Below are positions 38,515 through 45,550 of a DNA stretch of 64,000 nt, in pieces. The first letter of the stretch is position 1. Each line of letters starts with the position of its first letter. A model generated the notes under the pieces. That model did no database searches. It saw only the letters and a list, made by a program, of their open reading frames with translations, and was not told where the DNA came from. The DNA is from Bdellovibrionales bacterium (GTDB taxonomy: Bacteria; Bdellovibrionota; Bdellovibrionia; Bdellovibrionales; UBA1609). Made by a program: the position numbers and the translations under genes. Location of the stretch: the NCBI GenBank assembly GCA_965200875.1, contig OZ241456.1:1561774-1625773 (forward strand), written 5' to 3'.

Positions 38515-38980
38515 CTTTATACCTCCTTCATTTGCGATAACCAATTATCTTTATTATTAATTTAAACATTATTTTTCTTTAATACTTTTAATAAATCCCT
38601 CTGTATCAAAATCAATTCATTTGAAATGGTAGACTGTTTTTAATTCATAATATTACCTCCTAAAGTTTTATTTACACTTTTTTTTTCACTTTGAACAAAT
38701 AGCGTTATTCTCAGTAAAATTTTGTCGTAAAAGATGTTTTTTCTGGATTTCCTGCTTTCATGTGAAGACAGGAGATTTTAAATTCCTCGTTTCAGTAAAA
38801 GTAAAGAGCAAACAAATAAAAGATATGTATTTTTTATTTCTGAATTTTGAAAAACTCTTTCTTTGTATATTTTTTAAACTGTTACTGTTTCAGTTATTGT
38901 TTTTCCTTTTTCATGTAGAGTTTAAACAATTTCTAAAGAAGTTTCCAAGGAAAAAGCTGTTAACACATTTGAACATTTAC

Positions 38981-39005
38981 AATAATGGCATCATAATTCT
39001 TCCCT
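38981..39005. repeat. 25-bp perfect direct repeat, copy 1, just downstream of the Rpn stop
   Basis: AATAATGGCATCATAATTCTTCCCT, identical to 39326-39350. The offset is 345 bp, which is in frame. Confidence 0.95.
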
Positions 39006-39012
39006 TTGACTC

Positions 39013-40068
39013 TTAGTCACCACTCTTAAGTTTTTTAATTTCTTCTTCGGAAAGCCCCGTGCCTTTGCAAAGAACATGCAAATCCACTCCAGTTTTAAGT
39101 AATTTTGCAATCAGCTCTTTTTGACCTTCCTGACGGCCTTGTTGCATGCCTTGTTGCATACCTTCCTGTATACCTTCCTGCCGGCCTTGTTGCATGCCTT
39201 GTTGCATACCTTCCTGTATACCTTCCTGCCGGCCTTGTTGCATACCTTCCTGTATACCTTCCTGACGGCCTTGTTGCATGCCTTGTTGCATGCCTTGTTG
39301 CCTAGCTTCATCATACGAAGATTTTAATAATGGCATCATAATTCTTCCCTCCTCTTTCACTGTGGCTTGTTCAATCTCTTTTACAATCTCCCAATTAAAT
39401 GCTGGATCATATCGCCGTATATAATCTACTGCTCGACCGATCAATGCCTCTCGCTCACTGGAACTAAGACCCTGACCTATCGTAAAAAGCTCCTTCACTT
39501 TTGATTCATCAAGTCGCCAGATATGTTTTAGAATATACAAAATAGGACGAGTTGTCAAATCCCTGGCCTCCTTTGACACATCTAAAGACTGAATATTCAA
39601 GACCCGCGGACGAAAATTCAACACATTATCTGCAAATCTCTCTTTTAATTCACCTTGGAAATTATACAGGTACTCGTGAAAATCAAGAGGCCATTTACCT
39701 GTCTTTGTTGCACTCTGGTTAATAAACACAGGGAGAATAGGATTTCGTGTATCTTGATAAATCCCTACCTGATATATTAAAAACTGTCTCATCAAATCTT
39801 GGTCGTATTGGCTTTTGTGTTCCATTAAGAATAATATTCTAGCAGGTTTTTGAGAGCTTTTAAGCAGAGCTGAAACCAAGAGGTCCATGCGTTTTTCTTT
39901 TGCGGATTTGTCAATAAAAGTTGTGGCTTCTGTTTTAAGGGTGTTCCAATCAAAAAGTTTCATTTCCTCTTTTGAGAGAACGAGGCTTAGGATATCCACA
40001 CAATACTTGGTTTGTGAGTAAACCTCTTTGAATAAATGATCATGTAAAAAATTTCTTTTTGTTTTCAT
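39013..40068 (-). CDS. Rpn family recombination-promoting nuclease / putative transposase (PD-(D/E)XK, Transposase_31-like)
   Basis: N-terminal FKEVYS..., a D...E-x-K core (RMDLLVSA...ILFLMEHKS), a C-terminal Q/G/M-rich repeat block, and an HTH-like tail GTGLSEEEIKKL. Confidence 0.7.
   Translation of the reverse strand: MKTKRNFLHDHLFKEVYSQTKYCVDILSLVLSKEEMKLFDWNTLKTEATTFIDKSAKEKRMDLLVSALLKSSQKPARILFLMEHKSQYDQDLMRQFLIYQVGIYQDTRNPILPVFINQSATKTGKWPLDFHEYLYNFQGELKERFADNVLNFRPRVLNIQSLDVSKEARDLTTRPILYILKHIWRLDESKVKELFTIGQGLSSSEREALIGRAVDYIRRYDPAFNWEIVKEIEQATVKEEGRIMMPLLKSSYDEARQQGMQQGMQQGRQEGIQEGMQQGRQEGIQEGMQQGMQQGRQEGIQEGMQQGMQQGRQEGQKELIAKLLKTGVDLHVLCKGTGLSEEEIKKLKSGD
39125..39304. repeat. Coding tandem repeat, 15 x 12 nt with 48-nt higher order, inside the Rpn gene
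   Basis: Units of the form CCTTSYTGNNNN (for example CCTTCCTGACGG, CCTTGTTGCATG, CCTTCCTGTATA) encoding QQGM/QEGI/RQEG tetrapeptides. Confidence 0.9.
39326..39350. repeat. 25-bp perfect direct repeat, copy 2, inside the Rpn gene at the N-domain / C-domain junction
   Basis: Identical to 38981-39005. On the coding strand it reads AGGGAAGAATTATGATGCCATTATT, preceded by AGG so that the SD-like AGGAGGG sits 7 nt before the first ATG of an ATGATG pair. Confidence 0.95.
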
Positions 40069-40123
40069 AGCTCTGGAAAATGGAATATAAAAAGATTTTT
40101 GTCAATAGAATTTGTATATTTTT

Positions 40124-42292
40124 CTATTTTAATCTTTTTTCTGCTAATCTTTGGTTTTGTATAGAAAAACCTAATAGACTAGCAATTTTTTGTTTCTTCT
40201 TATATTTAATAGGGTGCATATAAATATATTGTGCCACTATATGCTTTAAAAGACATATAGCCTGAGTATTTTTTTCATCCTGTAGCTCTTTATACAGAAT
40301 CCTGATTCTATCAACATCTAAATCTTTTTTATGCCAAGTATGAATATACAAATTAATTAACTTGGAAGCCACTGTGTTACTCTCTGTGTTTACAGAGTTA
40401 GCAATATCAACAATTTTATAGTATCCTATAGAGTGTATAATTTTGTGTAACCATCCCCATAAAATACCATAAGACATCTGATCCACTATCACTTTACTGA
40501 TTTGTTCTATTTTCTCTGGAGATGATTCTTTTTTGGAAATTTGTTCCAATCTAGATTGGATAAACTTTTCAATTATCGTTCTTTCATTTAACATGAATTC
40601 CATAAAACTTTTTAATAATCTCAATCCGACATTTTGAGCTTCTTTAAATAAAATTTTTAACTTTTCTTTTTCCAATGATCCGTATTGATTTCTAAGAATC
40701 TGTCCAATTATTTCCATCGTTCTTGCAGATTTTTTAATTTCAATTAAAGTGCTATTTTCAGTGTTCATCTGTTCTGCGTCAGTATCATTCGTAGAGCGTT
40801 GTTTATCTTTGATTTCCAATTCTTTACTTCGTTCTTTTTCTACACTATGAGTAGATCCAGGTAATGTAATATTATTAAAAATACTATGCAGTTCTTTGAT
40901 AAATCCTTTTTCATCCCCTGATAAAGACGCTTCCTTATATTGGCTAAATATATTATGAGTATAATCAGTAATATTTTCTATTAAATTTTTATCTTTTGTA
41001 TGATGAGTGATAAAAACTAAAATATTAGCACTGTCTTTTTGATACACTTTAGATATTAATTTATTAATTACTTCTTTTTTGTTGTTAATATTTTCTGCAA
41101 TATACTTGGCAACAAAATAATAATATATATATATGTATCCAAAATTGTATAAATTATTTTTCTCTCTTAATATATTTGCACTTACTAAAATTTCTGAAAA
41201 ATTGCGCCCGCGAGGTACAATAAACTTTTTCCCATATTTTTTTAAAAAATCCTGTAATTGAGTATCGGAGATATTTCTTACATTATTGTCAAACATCCAA
41301 TACGCAAGGTGTGTAAGGAAATTAAAATAAGAGTCTATCTCTTCTACTATAATATGTATTTTAGAGAGTGATATAGTTATCATTGCTTGATAACAATGAC
41401 CATAAGAGGTTTGTTGTAAGTCTTGATTGGGACTTATCAGCTCAATAGAATTAAAAATAGATAAAATAAAAAAAGGGTAGCTTGGAACAATATTATGACC
41501 AATAATAATGTTAATAGAACTAGTGCATTGATCCAATCTGTTTAAATGCTGTTTGTTTTGATAATCAAAATCTGTATCTTCATGTAGGGAGATACACTTT
41601 TTGATAAGTTCTTCTCTTTTTTTATGTCCAAAAACTAATATTGAATAGCTTTTAAAATATTTATATTTTGATTTTTCAGATGGTATATTTGTTAATTGAT
41701 TAGCTAAAAGAATTGCACCTTGAAAATGATCTCGAATGGATAAAATAAATTTATCGAAATCTTCTTTGGTTATTTTCTTTCTTTCATCTACATCATCAAT
41801 AATTAAAATTCTTTTTTCTTTAGGAACATGGATCGACCCTGAAAATTGGTTTTTATATTCTTTTTGTGTAGCTTTTTTCAAAGCTCCAGATTTAGGAATT
41901 TTATTGCCTTCCATGAGGACTGGATAAAAACCGGCCTTCATATATCGCAAAAATAAAATATGAGCTAGGGCTGTCTTTCCACTTTGTTCTTCTCCATAAA
42001 GTAAAATATATGGATTATCAAATGTATTAATTGCTATTAATTTTTCAGAATTTATTTCGTTATGCTCTAAATTTACATCAGCAGTTTTGTCTTTTGTTGT
42101 AATGTCTGGATACACAAACTGTTTATCTAATGGTGTTGTATCAAAAGAGTTTTTCAGTAATTGATTTTGAAAATCTGGGTTTATTTCAGGTTTTGAGATT
42201 TTATCAACAACATGTTTTATACCTTCATATACATTTTTCCAAGCTGAGTCTTTATCATTCCATTTAGTTATAGCTTTGCCATCTTTTGGCAA
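40124..42292 (-). CDS. STAND/NLR-like P-loop NTPase, the C-terminal 722 codons of a TIR-NTPase gene split by an in-frame TAG
   Basis: Walker A GEEQSGKT and Walker B RILIIDDVDE. The ORF begins at an in-frame TTG whose product reads LPKDGKAITKW, the normal continuation of a TIR domain. Confidence 0.65.
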   Translation of the reverse strand: MPKDGKAITKWNDKDSAWKNVYEGIKHVVDKISKPEINPDFQNQLLKNSFDTTPLDKQFVYPDITTKDKTADVNLEHNEINSEKLIAINTFDNPYILLYGEEQSGKTALAHILFLRYMKAGFYPVLMEGNKIPKSGALKKATQKEYKNQFSGSIHVPKEKRILIIDDVDERKKITKEDFDKFILSIRDHFQGAILLANQLTNIPSEKSKYKYFKSYSILVFGHKKREELIKKCISLHEDTDFDYQNKQHLNRLDQCTSSINIIIGHNIVPSYPFFILSIFNSIELISPNQDLQQTSYGHCYQAMITISLSKIHIIVEEIDSYFNFLTHLAYWMFDNNVRNISDTQLQDFLKKYGKKFIVPRGRNFSEILVSANILREKNNLYNFGYIYIYYYFVAKYIAENINNKKEVINKLISKVYQKDSANILVFITHHTKDKNLIENITDYTHNIFSQYKEASLSGDEKGFIKELHSIFNNITLPGSTHSVEKERSKELEIKDKQRSTNDTDAEQMNTENSTLIEIKKSARTMEIIGQILRNQYGSLEKEKLKILFKEAQNVGLRLLKSFMEFMLNERTIIEKFIQSRLEQISKKESSPEKIEQISKVIVDQMSYGILWGWLHKIIHSIGYYKIVDIANSVNTESNTVASKLINLYIHTWHKKDLDVDRIRILYKELQDEKNTQAICLLKHIVAQYIYMHPIKYKKKQKIASLLGFSIQNQRLAEKRLK

Positions 42293-42322
42293 GGCTTGAA
42301 TGTTTTTTAAAACAGTGTCTTT

Positions 42323-42631
42323 CTATGCACAGTCTCTTAAAATTACCGGAATCACAATAGTATTTTTTTTGTCTTTTAAATTTAAAGCAATATTCATCTC
42401 TTTCTTACAATTATTAGAAGCAAGGAAATCTGGGCTGAGTAATAACAAAATAATATGGGCTTCTTTCATTTTTTTTTCTATTACAGGATCCCATTCTTCA
42501 CCTGCTTGGATTTCTTTGTCTGACCAGTCAGATATTTTACCTTCATCTCTTAAAAGAGTAAGGTGTTTTTCTAAAGAGTCTTGATGTTTTGCATCTATAT
42601 GTGTATAGCTGTAAAATAAACGAATGTTCAT
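42323..42631 (-). CDS. TIR domain fragment (102 aa) ending at an in-frame amber codon
   Basis: LFYSYTHIDAKHQDSLEKHL...EAHIILLLLSPDFLASNNCKKEM...VIPVILRDCA-TAG matches the bacterial TIR pattern up to the usual C-D/P-W position. Confidence 0.7.
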   Translation of the reverse strand: MNIRLFYSYTHIDAKHQDSLEKHLTLLRDEGKISDWSDKEIQAGEEWDPVIEKKMKEAHIILLLLSPDFLASNNCKKEMNIALNLKDKKNTIVIPVILRDCA

Positions 42632-42833
42632 AATGAATGTTACCTAGTTAGATTTATTTTAGATTCTCAAAAGAGAATCGTTATAATATATTTCATTCAG
42701 TACTTTTATGCAAATAAATTTTTATATAATTTTTTGAAGATGTACTGTGTTGTTTACGATGTTCCATTTTTTACAGCGAGATTGTCCAAAAAATTGTGAT
42801 GGTTAAGAGATTGTTCAAAGACTTTTATGTAGA

Positions 42834-43427
42834 TTAGTCCCAGGTTGTTTTAGCCCAGCAAATACCAATGATTTTACCTTTGTATTTGTTTTCTCTTAGA
42901 AAGTCCGATATGGCCCGCAAATGTGATCCGGTGGTTATCACATCATCCAAAATATATAATATTTTAGGTTCTTTGTTTTTAAACCCTTTCCAAATATAAT
43001 TTTGCTTAAAAAATTCAGGGTTTCTTTCCCCGGAAAGATGAACAGACTCTTGATCCTCTTTTATTTCAACAGGCCATTCAACCAACCACCCTAGCAGTGA
43101 TTGTAAAAGTTCCCTAAATAAATCTTCAAATCTATTATTATATTCAGGATGAGATTTTGTTTTAGAACTTGGAACAGCAGTTAACACCCAACCCTTTGGG
43201 TTTGTTTTTAGTAACAGTTCAACATCTTCTTTAAATTGCTTAATAGCTTTTTCACGATATGACCATTCTGGCGTGCATCTTTTGGAAGGGGATTTTTTAA
43301 AATTCAAAATCAGAGAATTTGTTGGACCACCTTCATAGCCCGTACTGGATTTGTATTCTCTCGCATATACCCAAATATCGTCAGGTTTTATATGAGGTAA
43401 ATGTTGTTCTTTAAATTTATTCCACAC
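42834..43427 (-). CDS. Phosphoribosyltransferase (type I PRTase, ComF-like)
   Basis: PRPP-binding loop ILYILDDVITTGSHL. GTG start overlaps the DprA-like stop by 11 nt. Confidence 0.7.
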   Translation of the reverse strand: MWNKFKEQHLPHIKPDDIWVYAREYKSSTGYEGGPTNSLILNFKKSPSKRCTPEWSYREKAIKQFKEDVELLLKTNPKGWVLTAVPSSKTKSHPEYNNRFEDLFRELLQSLLGWLVEWPVEIKEDQESVHLSGERNPEFFKQNYIWKGFKNKEPKILYILDDVITTGSHLRAISDFLRENKYKGKIIGICWAKTTWD

Positions 43428-44379
43428 TGGACTGATGATCTATATGTTTTAAAATATCTGAGGTTTCTTTTACTCTGATAGCTCCTCGTTTTTCATAAGT
43501 GGAGGGCCATTTGATGTTTAGATTGTCAAAACAGGAGTCCATTATAAATAGTTTTTTGTTTTGCCTAAAACATTCCCTCGCCTGAACAAGAGATCCACTT
43601 GTATCTCCCGCTTCCACAATGACAGTGGCTTTTGAAATAGACGCCATTGTTTTGTTCCTTCTTGGGAAATGAAATTTACGATAATTAAAAGGTTCTTTAG
43701 CGTATTTGTAAAAAGGGACCTGACTGATCAGTAAAAAATCCTTTGCAATTTTATCCTGTAAATTTTTATTTTCTTTAGGATAATATTTGTTGATAGGGGT
43801 ACCTATAACTCCTATAGTGAGCTTATTATTATCAATAGCCGATTGATGGGCTACTGTATCAATCCCTAAAGCTAAACCTGACACAATGGTAAATCCCTCA
43901 TCTGACAATTCTTTGGATAAATTTCTGGCGTTTTTGATTCCTTCAGCAGAGGGTTTTCTTGATCCCACTATTGAAATGCAGGGAGTTTCTAATATATCCA
44001 AATTTCCTTTGCAATAAAATAGTCCTATGGGGTATTGACTTCTTAAATTCTCCGGGTATTGAAAAGCTTTATTTACAACTATTGAAAAATCTCTCATTCC
44101 ATCACAAAATGCAGTATCTAAAAAGCCTTGCACTTCATTTTTTATTTGGTCAGGAGTCTTTTTAAATGAAAAAAGATCCAGCTGATGTGGTATTTGTTTT
44201 AACGCTTCAGAAGGAGTGTTATTAACAAACATTTCCTGTAAAGCTTTTTCTTTTAAAGTTTTTTCTTCATTGCTGTGGATAGCCCATAGCACTTCATAAG
44301 CAAGCATCTCCTTTGAAGGAGAGATTACATTTTTTTCTATAAAACTTATTATATCCTGCATATTAAAGAATACTGCCAT
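43417..44379 (-). CDS. DprA/Smf-like Rossmann (SLOG superfamily) protein
   Basis: GSRKPSAEG...FTIVSGLALGIDTVAHQSAI...IGVIGTPINKYYPKENKNL...LLISQVPF matches the DprA core. Confidence 0.75.
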   Translation of the reverse strand: MAVFFNMQDIISFIEKNVISPSKEMLAYEVLWAIHSNEEKTLKEKALQEMFVNNTPSEALKQIPHQLDLFSFKKTPDQIKNEVQGFLDTAFCDGMRDFSIVVNKAFQYPENLRSQYPIGLFYCKGNLDILETPCISIVGSRKPSAEGIKNARNLSKELSDEGFTIVSGLALGIDTVAHQSAIDNNKLTIGVIGTPINKYYPKENKNLQDKIAKDFLLISQVPFYKYAKEPFNYRKFHFPRRNKTMASISKATVIVEAGDTSGSLVQARECFRQNKKLFIMDSCFDNLNIKWPSTYEKRGAIRVKETSDILKHIDHQSSVE

Positions 44380-44390
44380 TAAGTTATTAA

Positions 44391-44530
44391 CAAGTCAAAA
44401 TAACACACCGCGAGGCGAGTTCGGCTTTGAGCACGGAGCTGGCGAAGACTGATCCGTGGCAAAACACCTATGTTTTCGTCCTAGCGATGAGGTATGAACA
44501 AAGTAAACCGGTCATATAAAAAGACTTTTT
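44391..44530. repeat. Family-B repeat, diverged copy in inverted orientation
   Basis: CGCGAGGCGAGTTCGGCTTTGAGCAC...GTGGCAAAAC...GAGGTATGAAC aligns to the reverse complement of 47640-47745. Begins 12 bp from the DprA-like start codon. Confidence 0.8.
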
Positions 44531-44734
44531 GTTGCTTGCGATTATTTGTATCCTGATTTCTTCTGTGAAAAATCCCTATAATGTGGAAAAACCCCCGTAA
44601 TGCCTTGTTTTGAACTACATAGTCTTTTGACTTTTCATCAACAACCTATTATTTTGTGCGTTATTACTTTCCGTTTTTAAAGAAATATGTCAAATATTTC
44701 CTAAATAGTACTAAAAACATACAAAAATATAAAA

Positions 44735-45544
44735 ATGCTTAAGCCTTATTTTTCAGAAGATTCTTTCAAGCTCTATCATGGGGATTGTCGTGATGTTTTG
44801 AACACTATTCCTGCGAACAGCGTGGATATGGTTTTTGCAGACCCCCCTTACAATTTGTCAAACGGTGGATTTTCTGTCAAAGCTGGAAAAAGGGTCGATG
44901 TTCATAAAGGAGACTGGGATCAAAGCCTTGGCACAGATAAGGACTTTGCTTTTCATTTAAGTTGGATTAAAGCCTGCCAGCGGGTGTTAAAGCCGGAAGG
45001 CACAATTTGGATCAGCGGAACTTATCATTCCATTTATCAATGCGGTTTTGCACTTCAACAGTCCGGTTTTCGGATTCTTAATGATATCGCTTGGTATAAA
45101 CCAAACGCCGCTCCAAACATTGGTTGTCGCTGTTTTGCGGCAAGCCATGAAACCCTGATATGGGCTTGTAAGGATCCAAAGGCAAAATACACATTTCATT
45201 ATGAAGACATGAAGAACGGTTCTTGGGAAAAAGACTTTATTAAAAAACCAAGCAAGCAAATGCGCTCTGTTTGGGCTGTCAATACTCCAGCCTCTTCTGA
45301 AAAAACATACGGCAAACACCCTACACAAAAACCTTTGGAACTTTTAAAACGAATTGTCAGAGCTTCTTCCAATAAAGGAGATATAATATTGGATCCTTTC
45401 ACCGGAAGCTCCACAACCGGAATCGCCGCTTATCTTTCAGAAAGGTCTTTTATCGGTATTGAGAAAGAAAAAGCTTTTTTGGAGCTATCCATCCATCGCT
45501 TTCAGGATTTAAAAAACTCTTTTCAATTAGAACTTTCCCCTTAA
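44735..45544 (+). CDS. Type II DNA methyltransferase, beta-class N6-adenine/N4-cytosine (CcrM/M.HinfI/M.RsrI-like architecture)
   Basis: FADPPYNL (motif IV) lies upstream of ILDPFTGSSTTG (motif I), followed by the HPTQKP motif. Confidence 0.85.
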   Translation: MLKPYFSEDSFKLYHGDCRDVLNTIPANSVDMVFADPPYNLSNGGFSVKAGKRVDVHKGDWDQSLGTDKDFAFHLSWIKACQRVLKPEGTIWISGTYHSIYQCGFALQQSGFRILNDIAWYKPNAAPNIGCRCFAASHETLIWACKDPKAKYTFHYEDMKNGSWEKDFIKKPSKQMRSVWAVNTPASSEKTYGKHPTQKPLELLKRIVRASSNKGDIILDPFTGSSTTGIAAYLSERSFIGIEKEKAFLELSIHRFQDLKNSFQLELSP

Positions 45545-45550
45545 AATACT

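Noticed and set aside
38545-39012. Possible ncRNA or small gene (84-aa ORF at 38762-39016, +) in the 470-bp gap between the KTSC gene and Rpn
   Set aside because: The ORF is Phe/Leu/Lys-rich low complexity with no RBS, and I found no convincing stem-loop architecture. The only solid feature in the gap is the 25-bp direct repeat, reported separately.
39125-39304. Possible CRISPR array here, or at 46477-46581
   Set aside because: The repeats are contiguous with no spacers, are 12 and 24 nt long, are in frame within protein-coding genes, and there are no cas genes in the window.
39105-39327. Three overlapping 66-68-aa ORFs on both strands inside the Rpn gene
   Set aside because: They are artefacts of the 12-nt tandem repeat, which keeps every frame open. 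The long Rpn frame, with its recognisable N-terminal nuclease domain, explains the region.
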